DNA from: a virus
Lineage: Duplodnaviria > Heunggongvirae > Uroviricota > Caudoviricetes
Strand: one strand, 5' to 3'
Length of the DNA stretch: 64,000 nt
IMG/VR virus record: IMGVR_UViG_3300006204_000001
Part shown: positions 1 through 9,312 of the stretch, piece by piece
Layout of the letters: each line of letters begins with the position of its first letter
How positions within the stretch are numbered: position 1 is the first letter of the stretch
Translations under genes and position numbers: made by a program
The notes under the pieces: generated by a model
What the model saw: only the letters and a program-made list of their open reading frames with translations
Database searches by the model: none
Told to the model about the DNA's origin: nothing

Positions 1-28
1 TGCTTGTGAAAAGAAAAGGAGACTAACT

Positions 29-895
29 ATGAAAGAAGATATTATAAAACAAAACCGTGAAATGTTAAAATTATTTATTAACAATAGACCTATAGCAAAA
101 GATTATCAAATTGATAGAAATCATTTTGGTCTACCATTTGGATACATATATTGTATTGAAAACCTTAAAAATCATAAAAAATATATAGGTTCTACTTATT
201 CTAATTGGACAGGTGTTCCTGAAACAAATACTATTGTTCAATTAAGAAAAAGAGCATCTGACTATCTTTATGAATATAATATGATTATGAAAAATAAAAA
301 TTTAACCACAGCAAGTAGATTTAATAGACCTATTATTCAAGCTATGGTAGCTGAAGGCTTTAATAACTTTATTATGTATCCAATGGCTGAAACAACAAAA
401 TTTGATCATAATGAAAAAGAAAAATATTTCATTAACTTCTTTGATACTATTAAAAATGGATATAATATAGTAAGAGGAGGAGCATCCAATAATAGAATTG
501 GAACAAAGTTAATGGCTAGAGATAAACTCCTCAGATCTGAAGGTGTTATATGTATCCATGTTAATAATAAAAAGATATTATTTTCTGATTCTATGAAACT
601 CTTTGGAGACTATATGAATAGCTCTAAAGATATGATCAAAAACTCTGTACGCAAAGGTAGACCTTACAAAGGTTGGTTTATATTTTATATTAATCCTGAT
701 AAAAGAGCTTATATCCTAAATAAAAATGTATTAGGAGATGGATTGCCTGTAGGTGACCGCCATTCAGATAAATCTAAACAGTTTTATCAGGAATTATATA
801 CTACTGTAAATTTATATTTAATGGATAATGCTAAATCAGATCAATTTCCAGGATTTGAATTATTACCACCATTAGAATATAAAGATGAAAAATAA
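29..895 (+). CDS. GIY-YIG family homing endonuclease (free-standing HEG)
   Basis: N-terminal GYIYCIENLKNHKKYIGST = GIY-(x10)-YIG motif; RBS AAAAGGAG 7 nt upstream of ATG; convergent with RNAP beta' fragment gene. Confidence 0.8.
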   Translation: MKEDIIKQNREMLKLFINNRPIAKDYQIDRNHFGLPFGYIYCIENLKNHKKYIGSTYSNWTGVPETNTIVQLRKRASDYLYEYNMIMKNKNLTTASRFNRPIIQAMVAEGFNNFIMYPMAETTKFDHNEKEKYFINFFDTIKNGYNIVRGGASNNRIGTKLMARDKLLRSEGVICIHVNNKKILFSDSMKLFGDYMNSSKDMIKNSVRKGRPYKGWFIFYINPDKRAYILNKNVLGDGLPVGDRHSDKSKQFYQELYTTVNLYLMDNAKSDQFPGFELLPPLEYKDEK

Positions 896-1205
896 TAAAT
901 AAAAAAGTTAATTGAAATTGGACTATCTCTTCACCCAAAGAAATATAAAAATAAAATTCTATGGAGAGTGGCACTTCGAAATACAGCATTCCACCATATT
1001 CCTACATAACTAGTCTCTACACTTGTTCCTCGATATCATATCGATTCTTTAGCACGGTATTAAAATCTATCCTATTATATAGGAAATCATTATCTCTTAT
1101 GAAGCGTATTCGACTGTTTAAATTAGATATATCGGGCTATTATATATCCCAGCTTATTTAACTTCTACCGTTAGCAATAATAAAATCATATTATCACACC
1201 GCTTG

Positions 1206-2681
1206 TTAAGCGTTCACCACTTTATTCTTGTAGAATATTACTATTCTAGCCGACCCCAATTTTGAAATCAAATCGGCACCCATACCATCCAGATGTGCAT
1301 TTGCCATAACCAATGTATCTATAAATTGAATGCCCACCTTGTCTTCTTCTGTATTAAAATTAATATCAGGATAAAAAGGATACTCTTTTCCATTAAATAT
1401 CAATTTAATATGTCTACGTGTTGATGATACTCTTATCTTATTAAAATAAATACCCTTGTCTGTACCAACTGGGTATCTGCTAACCATAATATGACGTTTT
1501 TCACATACATCAACACATGCTAAATATAATAGATCCGTTACAGTCATTGCTCTATTTAGAACTGTACTTGCATTATTAGGTAATATCACTTTACCTTTCA
1601 ATATCACAGAGCATTTCTTTACTATAGAGCCTTTTTGTAATGGAATTTCAACATCAACAATTAATTTTTTAAATCTATTATCTGGATTTAAAATATAATC
1701 ATTAATAATCTTTTTAATATTTTTTTCAGAAAATTGAGCTTCAGCATCTTTTATACTACCTACTACTTCTCTATTCGTTTCTTGATCATAGAAAACTATT
1801 GCATTTGGATCATTAATAATTTCTCTTTGAAAGAAATTAGTTAACCATGCTTCAATAAATGGATAGAATAATGAACAACAATGTGATATTGGTACTGCTG
1901 AATGATCCATATCTACCATACTATCTTCTAATCGCTCATTATTATAATTATTAGATGATATAACTGCTCTAGTACCATAATCAACTGATTTACCCAATAG
2001 ATTCTTTCTAATCAAACCATGTTTTTTTGATATTTGATTTTTGAAATAATCTATTATTTCTACTAATGTTTCTTGTACTTTATATTGAGTAGAATATTGT
2101 CTATATGCAAATATTCCTCCCTCTGATAATAATGCTACTGATCGTAATAATTTTAAATATAAATCATTTAATTCATTTACATGATCACTATTATCAATTG
2201 TACCTGCAATAGTTACATCACGATATGCAGGAGGACATACTAACATTTTATCAATAAAAACATCATCTCTTTTTAATGTCTTCATTAATTCTTTATTAAC
2301 TTGATTGGCTGATTTACTTTTACTCCAATCAATTTCATCCCAATGTTCATATAATTTGTCTATACCTGTCCATCCTGTTTCATCTTCAACCATTATGCCA
2401 TCGCGTATAATAAATTTTCTTTGACCTGAAATACAATATGTGATATTACGTTGCATTCGTTTAATTACTTTATCATATAAATGAGGATGAATAAAATGAC
2501 GTTTTAATGTAATATATGCAAATGTACTTCGTCTATCACTTTTAGATTGACCAAATATATCATGTGATAATAATCCACCTGGCTCAAATGTCATCTTATT
2601 TGAAAACAATCGCACAGACGTTACTTCACGTAATTTATTAACATCAATTAATGTATCAATATCTAATAAATCAATTTTCAT
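1206..2681 (-). CDS. multisubunit RNA polymerase beta' subunit, N-terminal fragment (split rpoC-like)
   Basis: Colinear similarity to bacterial RpoC: HDIFGQ ~ [20 protein letters not shown] ~ [23 protein letters not shown]..NDLY ~ [38 protein letters not shown] ~ [32 protein letters not shown] ~ NRAPTLHRLGIQ; ends 21 aa after catalytic-loop position; RBS AAAGGAGATAAAT. Confidence 0.8.
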   Translation of the reverse strand: [491 protein letters not shown]

Positions 2682-2799
2682 TATATTTATCTCCTTTCTT
2701 TAATAAACTTTATAATCACTGTAACTAAATAAGAGCAATATAAGATAGGACCATATGGTCCTATCTTATATCACATGAATTGAGAGTTGTGAGCATATA

Positions 2800-3273
2800 T
2801 CAAATATTAGAAGTTGTCTTTTTCATTTTGTAATCATAAACAACTTTTTCAATCATATTGTCTATAATTACTTCTAACTGTTCCTTTCCACCAATGATAG
2901 TCAATAGATCACTATCATCATCTTTAAGTTGAGGTGGTAATGATGCCATTATACATTCTTTAGCAGCATCTAATAATATCTGCTTTTGTTCATCAGTAAG
3001 CTTAGGACATTCAATTTTAAATTGATCTGCTGTTTGCATATTTGAACCTACTGCTGTTTCTACGATCTTTTGTAATTGCTCCAAAAGCAATGTTTTAATT
3101 GTATTCTTTTGTGATATAGATTCAAGGTCATTTTTTGCAATGATAGAATCTACAATTTTCTTTCCATAGCTTTTAACTATTACGACTGCACTTGAAGCTA
3201 ATGCTAAAAGCAATGGAATCATAATTGAATTAATTAAAATATCTAATACTTCATTAATAGTTTGAGTTGACAT
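2800..3273 (-). CDS. hypothetical membrane protein (one N-terminal TM helix)
   Basis: ORF with RBS GAAAGGAGATAG; hydrophobic IMIPLLLALASSAVVIV segment. Confidence 0.5.
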   Translation of the reverse strand: MSTQTINEVLDILINSIMIPLLLALASSAVVIVKSYGKKIVDSIIAKNDLESISQKNTIKTLLLEQLQKIVETAVGSNMQTADQFKIECPKLTDEQKQILLDAAKECIMASLPPQLKDDDSDLLTIIGGKEQLEVIIDNMIEKVVYDYKMKKTTSNI

Positions 3274-3335
3274 AGTTACTATCTCCTTTCTATACTTTGT
3301 TATATATTCGTATATGAAATATAAATTATAAATCT

Positions 3336-3374
3336 AAATAATTACTATATTTATTATAAATATAGTAATTATTT
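3336..3374. promoter_or_regulatory. 15-bp perfect inverted repeat (AAATAATTACTATAT-n9-ATATAGTAATTATTT) in divergent intergenic region
   Basis: Read directly: 3336-3350 is the reverse complement of 3360-3374; sits between divergently transcribed genes 2800..3273(-) and 3397..4035(+). Confidence 0.4.
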
Positions 3375-3396
3375 AGTATATTGGAGGTATAATAAT

Positions 3397-4035
3397 ATGA
3401 AACAATTAAAGGATAATGGTATAAAAGAATTAATAAGATTAACAAAGAATGAATTAAAAAATAAAGCAAATATTAACCATAACCATGATAGTGTATATAG
3501 TAAAACTAATCATACTCATAGTAATTATTCATTAACTACACATAATCATGATAGTGTATATAGTAAAACTAATCATACTCATAGTTATGCAGCATCATCT
3601 CATAATCATGATGATAGATATTATACTGAGAGCGAAATGAATACAAAATTAAATAATAAGCAAGATAAAGTTAAACTTAACATGTATGAAAGTATTGCTA
3701 AATATAGAAGTTACATAGATAAAAAATTAGAATTTATTCATTTTTATCCTATTAGACAAGGTGCTAAAGGTGATACTTATACATTAGACTCATCAACTAA
3801 TAATCATTTGATATTTATGGCTTTATTTAAAAGTAGCAATAAAGATTCATGTGTAATGATGTATATAATTGATTCAACTACTGGTTCATGTAAATATAGT
3901 AATATAATAAACGCTACTGCCAGTACTAACTTTTTTAATCCAGGCTCTTATTGTAATTTCAATAGTGATAATAATAGGTTTACTTATTCATTTGATAATG
4001 ATGTATATGGATTTTTCTTAACTTTTAATTTTTAA
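3397..4035 (+). CDS. tail-fibre-like protein with HxH (NHTHS) repeats
   Basis: Repeated NHNHDSVYSKTNHTHS units, the H-x-H repeat signature common in phage tail fibre/receptor-binding proteins; RBS TTGGAGGT. Confidence 0.5.
   Translation: MKQLKDNGIKELIRLTKNELKNKANINHNHDSVYSKTNHTHSNYSLTTHNHDSVYSKTNHTHSYAASSHNHDDRYYTESEMNTKLNNKQDKVKLNMYESIAKYRSYIDKKLEFIHFYPIRQGAKGDTYTLDSSTNNHLIFMALFKSSNKDSCVMMYIIDSTTGSCKYSNIINATASTNFFNPGSYCNFNSDNNRFTYSFDNDVYGFFLTFNF
3484..3588 (+). repeat. 66-nt period tandem direct repeat inside fibre-like gene
   Basis: ATGATAGTGTATATAGTAAAACTAATCATACTCATAGT occurs twice (about 3484-3522 and 3550-3588), encoding HDSVYSKTNHTHS twice. Confidence 0.7.
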
Positions 4036-4052
4036 ATCTTATAAAAATAAAA

Positions 4053-4085
4053 TAGGGATATATTTCAATCCCTAAATTATTATTA
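4053..4085. terminator. hairpin terminator TAGGGAT-n8-ATCCCTA + AT-rich tail
   Basis: 7-bp perfect stem directly after stop of 3397..4035. Confidence 0.5.
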
Positions 4086-4087
4086 TT

Positions 4088-4116
4088 GAAGAATCAGTAA
4101 TAATTACTGATTCTTC
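4088..4116. terminator. 14-bp perfect inverted repeat GAAGAATCAGTAAT/ATTACTGATTCTTC overlapping stop codon of 4104..4361(-)
   Basis: Read directly; bidirectional-terminator-like hairpin between convergent genes. Confidence 0.45.
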
Positions 4117-4361
4117 ATCATTTCTTCTTTAATTTCTTCATCGATGATTTGATTTGCAATTTCACGCTGTGCATCAAACACTGTTTTGATGATAAGATCT
4201 GATACTAATGCCATAAGTAATGAGCTAATGAATGTTCTAATCCAGTTGTCTTTTTTCATGATCTTTTTAATCACGTTACTTATAGCTACATTGATTGGCC
4301 ATGCTGATAAACCTGCAATATATATCAAGCACTGAATTTTTCTTAATTCCTTTAATTTCAT
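4104..4361 (-). CDS. small two-TM membrane protein (holin-like topology)
   Basis: 85 aa, two hydrophobic segments (LIYIAGLSAWPINVAISNVI; TFISSLLMALVSDLIIKTVF), charged C-terminus; RBS AAAAGGAGGAT. Confidence 0.4.
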   Translation of the reverse strand: MKLKELRKIQCLIYIAGLSAWPINVAISNVIKKIMKKDNWIRTFISSLLMALVSDLIIKTVFDAQREIANQIIDEEIKEEMMKNQ

Positions 4362-4376
4362 TTTAATATCCTCCTT

Positions 4377-5018
4377 TTAATATCCGATTCTTTCTATGAT
4401 ACTGTTTACAAATTTCTTAATTCCGTTATATAAAGTATTCTGATCATCATCTACAATGATCATTTCAACTAATGATTTAAATAAATCTGCCTCCCCAGAA
4501 AAATCCTTTGAAAATTCTTCTGCTAATGATCCATCGGATCTTATTGGAGTGATTCTAATATAATCTTTATAACATATGATGTCCCATACCTTCTCATAAG
4601 CTGCTTCAACATCAAGTGTATCTCCAAACATACTCACATGATCATTTGAATATCTTAATTGAAATACTTTCTGATTAATATTATCTGCTGGCATGAATGG
4701 AACCAAGATATACGATTTTGTTTTCAATACAAAATCAATAAATTCCTTAACTGTAACACTGTTTTTCTTTTTAGGTACATTAAGAGAAGGAATTGTTGAT
4801 GTATGAATTCCATCTTTAAATGAACCTGAACAAACAGTAGTAATTGGAGTGTAGTGCATAAGATTTCCATCACAACGTTCAAAATAATTATTATCTACTT
4901 TGAATGAAAAATCCTGTATGTTAAAATGATCAGCTGCATTTAATACTGCCTCTATGAAATATTTAGAAGCAATTTCCTTTCCAAGTTTCTCTTCAACTGT
5001 TATGTCATTTTGATCCAT
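4377..5018 (-). CDS. hypothetical protein
   Basis: 213-aa ORF with RBS GAAAGGAGAG; no recognisable motif. Confidence 0.5.
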   Translation of the reverse strand: MDQNDITVEEKLGKEIASKYFIEAVLNAADHFNIQDFSFKVDNNYFERCDGNLMHYTPITTVCSGSFKDGIHTSTIPSLNVPKKKNSVTVKEFIDFVLKTKSYILVPFMPADNINQKVFQLRYSNDHVSMFGDTLDVEAAYEKVWDIICYKDYIRITPIRSDGSLAEEFSKDFSGEADLFKSLVEMIIVDDDQNTLYNGIKKFVNSIIERIGY

Positions 5019-5115
5019 AATAAACTCTCCTTTCTTTTTATATTATTTTTTATTATAGATTCATAATTATAATATATCATGCAATAAAATAAATATACGA
5101 TAAAAATAAAGGGGA

Positions 5116-6015
5116 TTAAATCCCCTTTTCAATTTTGTAGATATGTAATATATTACCGTGCATAGCTTCATTTGGTCCTGCAGTTGCAGTTCCATTTGAT
5201 TTTACATAACGATTTAAATATTTTAAATCCACAAGATATTCAATAACACCGGCACATGTACCATGTTTATGAATTGTAAACATGTTAGTTTCATTCGTAT
5301 CTTTATCTGCCTTTTCATCACCAGTTATTATAGTGAATGAACCAGTATCAGTTACTATAAGAAACCTTTCTCCTACAGTGCCCTTTGTCTTATAAAATGT
5401 ACCTAATGCCACAACATAATCATCAATTCCATCTACAGAAAATTGTTCTTCAGTTATCTTCCATCTTCTAAATCCATCAGAATCAGTATAACATCTTTCA
5501 TCTCGATTAAACCTATATGCAGGAGAATTTTTATTAGTTATAGCATCATATGGTTCAAATGGTTGAAATGATGAATAATCTATATTATAATATTCAGATG
5601 GTAACTTCATCTCATATAAGATTGCATCATCTTTTATTATAGGATCTCCTATAAATTTTGAACTCAGTTTCTTTGGTGGAATATATGTTAACTTTTCATA
5701 ATTTATAACATTTTCAGATCCTATGATTTCATCATTATGAATAGTAGTAGTTGAATAACATACAATCGGTTTAGATGTAGTTTCTAATAAAGTTTTTTCT
5801 ACAACTTCTTTCTTTTTTGTATCAATATATTCATTGACACATATTCCTGCAATAATTTGTGCTACTAACACTATACTACAGATTATTTTTGTTTTTCTTA
5901 TTTTCTTATATGTAGTAATATCATCCTTTCTAAGTGCTATTATTTTTTTTCCATTATCTCTTCTTTTATAACGATAATGGATTTGGTTCTTGTGGATATA
6001 GTATCTCGTATTCAT
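5116..6015 (-). CDS. hypothetical membrane-anchored protein
   Basis: ORF; preferred start at second ATG (MNTRYY..) which has AGGAGG 10 nt upstream; N-terminal TM segment IICSIVLVAQIIAGICV. Confidence 0.45.
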   Translation of the reverse strand: MNTRYYIHKNQIHYRYKRRDNGKKIIALRKDDITTYKKIRKTKIICSIVLVAQIIAGICVNEYIDTKKKEVVEKTLLETTSKPIVCYSTTTIHNDEIIGSENVINYEKLTYIPPKKLSSKFIGDPIIKDDAILYEMKLPSEYYNIDYSSFQPFEPYDAITNKNSPAYRFNRDERCYTDSDGFRRWKITEEQFSVDGIDDYVVALGTFYKTKGTVGERFLIVTDTGSFTIITGDEKADKDTNETNMFTIHKHGTCAGVIEYLVDLKYLNRYVKSNGTATAGPNEAMHGNILHIYKIEKGI

Positions 6016-6150
6016 ATTCCACTTTCCTCCTATCGTTTGCATTGTTGTTATAACCTCCCTTGTTTCTCACAATATTAGAATATATACTTAAAATTATATA
6101 TTCTATTAATAGAATAAAATAAATTTTATGAAATGGAGTGTGAATTATAA

Positions 6151-6957
6151 ATGTCTAGAATTATACAACATAAAAATCCAGAATTAGATATGTTACTGGA
6201 TTTGAATTATATGATACATCATGACAATAAAAAATTTGATTATCATATGAAACATATTAAATTAGTTAAACAATATGCATGCATTGTAAATAAAATGTTA
6301 AATTCTCCAATAAGTAATCATAAATTATCATACATTGCATATGCACATGATCTTTTTAAAGAAAGATCTTTAGATCCAAATAAACCTATAATATGGAGAA
6401 ATATAACTATACCCTGTGATACTACAAGATATGTTAGAGAGAATCTTGATGTATTAGAGAGATTTGAATTGGATGATTATTTTAATTCAAGTTTACAATA
6501 TCATGCATTATCATCAGGATTATTTTTAATTAAGGAATTTAAAATATCTGATAATGAAATATTATATCCTATAATGTTTCATTCATGTCCTATAATAGAA
6601 ATATATGAAAAATTAAATTCTAAATTACAAACTATGATTGACATTATTATGTTAGCTGACAAATTATCATCTAATTATTTAAAAATCAATTATTTAAAGC
6701 GAAAAGTACGTATTGATTTGGATCAAGCTGTATTTGGATCAAATGGTAATGAGTTTAATTACTCATTAGGATTATTGTTAGCTAGAATTTTAAGTCAAGG
6801 AAAATCACAAGAAGAACAAACTGTGTTAGCAACACAATATTATTTTAATAGGTTAAAAAAGATTAACCCATTAATAGGAAATAATATAAACATAAAACAG
6901 ATAGGAGAGAATAAATTATGGCCGGAAAGAAAAAGCCAAGTCCTAATGAAGCATTAG
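6151..6957 (+). CDS. hypothetical protein (weak HD-domain-like H..HD pattern)
   Basis: 268-aa ORF; HMKHIKL...AYAHDLFK pattern only; ends with TAG. Confidence 0.35.
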   Translation: MSRIIQHKNPELDMLLDLNYMIHHDNKKFDYHMKHIKLVKQYACIVNKMLNSPISNHKLSYIAYAHDLFKERSLDPNKPIIWRNITIPCDTTRYVRENLDVLERFELDDYFNSSLQYHALSSGLFLIKEFKISDNEILYPIMFHSCPIIEIYEKLNSKLQTMIDIIMLADKLSSNYLKINYLKRKVRIDLDQAVFGSNGNEFNYSLGLLLARILSQGKSQEEQTVLATQYYFNRLKKINPLIGNNINIKQIGENKLWPERKSQVLMKH

Positions 6958-7436
6958 ATATATTTAAGGATATAACTGATAGAGCATCATTAAAAATGTT
7001 TTATTATAACAATCGGCAAATGATATCAAAAAATCCAAAGGGAGCTAATATAATAATTATACCAGATATAGAATTATGGAATATGATATTAGAAAGCTTT
7101 AAGGATGTAATTAGAGAAATTGATATGTTAGATGTGGATCAATCTAATATGGCAGAGTTATTTAAATATACATCTGATTTATCAAATAACTGGTTAGATT
7201 TAGATACTAATAATCTATATCAAGGTGATGTATTAAAAATAACTATAGATGGTTTTAATTATGAATTGTCAATTAATAAAGGATTAATCCCATTGAAATT
7301 ACGTAAAGCAGAATACAATAATATTTCATATAAAATATTTAAAGATGAAGGTTATTTATTAGGACTAAAGAAAAGATTTGATTATCCTTTAGAAGGATAT
7401 GGATTTACAATAGTAAGAATATTCCAAATAATATAA
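6918..7436 (+). CDS. hypothetical protein
   Basis: 172-aa ORF, RBS AGGAGAG, 40-nt overlap with upstream gene. Confidence 0.45.
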   Translation: MAGKKKPSPNEALDIFKDITDRASLKMFYYNNRQMISKNPKGANIIIIPDIELWNMILESFKDVIREIDMLDVDQSNMAELFKYTSDLSNNWLDLDTNNLYQGDVLKITIDGFNYELSINKGLIPLKLRKAEYNNISYKIFKDEGYLLGLKKRFDYPLEGYGFTIVRIFQII

Positions 7437-7441
7437 AAAAT

Positions 7442-7476
7442 AAAGGGTGGAATTAAACCACCCTTTATTTTTTATA
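7442..7476. terminator. bidirectional rho-independent terminator AAAGGGTGG-AATTAAA-CCACCCTTTATTTTTT
   Basis: 9-bp GC-containing stem, A-run upstream and T-run downstream, between convergent genes. Confidence 0.7.
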
Positions 7477-8578
7477 ATTTAATATGGATTTCTTTATTTT
7501 TTGCATCAGATAATTTTAAACGTCTATGACATGTTGTAGGTTCAATCCATATAGTCTCTTGTGAATTTGGTTTCCTTCTGTAATGGCCTTCTCTTTCCCA
7601 TTCATCTAATGTATAAATTCTATCTGAAGAACTTTCTGAATTCATTTTCTTTACATATTCTTTTGCACCATATGATGTTTTAAGAATCCTTCTAATAATA
7701 ACATTACTTTCTTCTTTAGATTTATTCTTATTAGACTTAGAATTATTACTAGATTTAGAATGTTTAGTTTCTGTTACGGTTCTATAATTCTTAGGTCTAT
7801 CATATAATGTAATCATTATGGAAAGAAATCCTATTAAAATATCTATTAGTTTTAGCGGTGATTTAAAGAAATCATCAATACCATCATATATATCTGCATA
7901 TAGATTAGGCATATCATTATTTATTTTCAAATTTAATGAACTAGTAATAGCTTTTATGCATCCATTAACAAAATTAAAGTTTTCTATATTCCAAATTAAT
8001 GTAGATAAATATATATCATTACTACCAAATGTGCATTTTGAATGTATTTCTATACTGCTATCATATATCTGTATATAAAATATAAATGTGGATTTTAATA
8101 AATCACCAGATTCCGTTTTAAATTTAATAGTCATAGAAAATTGATTACCATATCTCCTAGTCATAGTTGATAATATTTCTTTCAAATTGATATATACAGG
8201 TTCATTTTCATTTGTTAAACCTTTTTCTTCTATATAATTAATAATAAATTTTATTTCTCTTTCTGTAAGATCTATAATAGGAGATTTAGGATTAACTATT
8301 TCAGCTTCTTCAGGTACTTCATTATTAGATAACCATTCTCTAATTTCATTATCATGTTCATAATCTTTCTTCAATATATAATCAACTAATACAATATCTA
8401 CACTATCCATATCGGCATATCTAAATTGTCTTCGAAATAATGATAATTCTAATTTACTATTAGGAATAACATTATTTATTTCAAAACTACCATTTTTAAA
8501 TTGACAATATTCCTCACATTTTTTTATCATATCTATAGCAGTAAATGTAATCATTGCTGATTCATTTGTTATATGCAT
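7472..8578 (-). CDS. hypothetical protein
   Basis: 368-aa ORF. Confidence 0.45.
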   Translation of the reverse strand: MHITNESAMITFTAIDMIKKCEEYCQFKNGSFEINNVIPNSKLELSLFRRQFRYADMDSVDIVLVDYILKKDYEHDNEIREWLSNNEVPEEAEIVNPKSPIIDLTEREIKFIINYIEEKGLTNENEPVYINLKEILSTMTRRYGNQFSMTIKFKTESGDLLKSTFIFYIQIYDSSIEIHSKCTFGSNDIYLSTLIWNIENFNFVNGCIKAITSSLNLKINNDMPNLYADIYDGIDDFFKSPLKLIDILIGFLSIMITLYDRPKNYRTVTETKHSKSSNNSKSNKNKSKEESNVIIRRILKTSYGAKEYVKKMNSESSSDRIYTLDEWEREGHYRRKPNSQETIWIEPTTCHRRLKLSDAKNKEIHIKL

Positions 8579-9219
8579 AATTTTTTACGTGATTTATTCT
8601 CAAGATAATTCGATACATATCTTTCTTTTGATGATATAAATATAGGCGTGAAGAAATTTGTGTTCCAACTACATTCTTCATGTTCTTTTTCTATTACATT
8701 CATTTCATAATAAATGCATATATTGTTTATTAGATCAAAATCAAATGTAATAATATTTACAATAATATTATTTTTAATAGATTTATTATTCTTATATGCA
8801 TTAATAACATAATATACAATATTTGTCTTATTATAAGCTTTAAAATTTACTCTCAATTCATTTTTATCGTACATATGTTTTTTGAATAAATTTATAATAT
8901 CTTCTGCAGATTTATCTATAGAATCATCATATGTTTGATTCATTTTTTTATCATAATTAGAAATATCATAGAATCCCTCTTCCACTTCAAATGAATGATA
9001 TGTACTAAGATAAAATGATATTAACTTTGTTTTACATCTTTCATTTATAATTTTTCTATGATGTATTGGATCTTTAAGATCTAATTTTGAATATTTTAAT
9101 TTCATATTAAAATCATTTTCATCCCAATAAATATCGTCATCAGAACGTAATCTAATACCTTTATTAGATATATTATCTGCTATCATTTTTTTACTGTAAC
9201 TTTGAATATGTTGTTTCAT
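8569..9219 (-). CDS. hypothetical protein
   Basis: 216-aa ORF, RBS TAGGAGGAAAAA. Confidence 0.45.
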   Translation of the reverse strand: MKQHIQSYSKKMIADNISNKGIRLRSDDDIYWDENDFNMKLKYSKLDLKDPIHHRKIINERCKTKLISFYLSTYHSFEVEEGFYDISNYDKKMNQTYDDSIDKSAEDIINLFKKHMYDKNELRVNFKAYNKTNIVYYVINAYKNNKSIKNNIIVNIITFDFDLINNICIYYEMNVIEKEHEECSWNTNFFTPIFISSKERYVSNYLENKSRKKLCI

Positions 9220-9312
9220 ATATTTTTCCTCCTATGAAGTATTTTAAGTATATATTTTTCTTATAACTATAGAATATATAATTACATTAAATAGAAAGGA
9301 AGTAAATTAATT

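Noticed and set aside
961-1161. 66-aa ORF in the spacer between the GIY-YIG gene and the beta' fragment
   Set aside because: No RBS and implausible composition. The region is better explained as a non-coding or possible intron-remnant spacer.
1900-1960. [12 protein letters not shown] in the beta' fragment as the catalytic DxDxD loop
   Set aside because: It lies only ~15 aa after the [15 protein letters not shown] block, whereas the true loop is ~100 aa further. The colinear position is [10 protein letters not shown] at 1272-1301.
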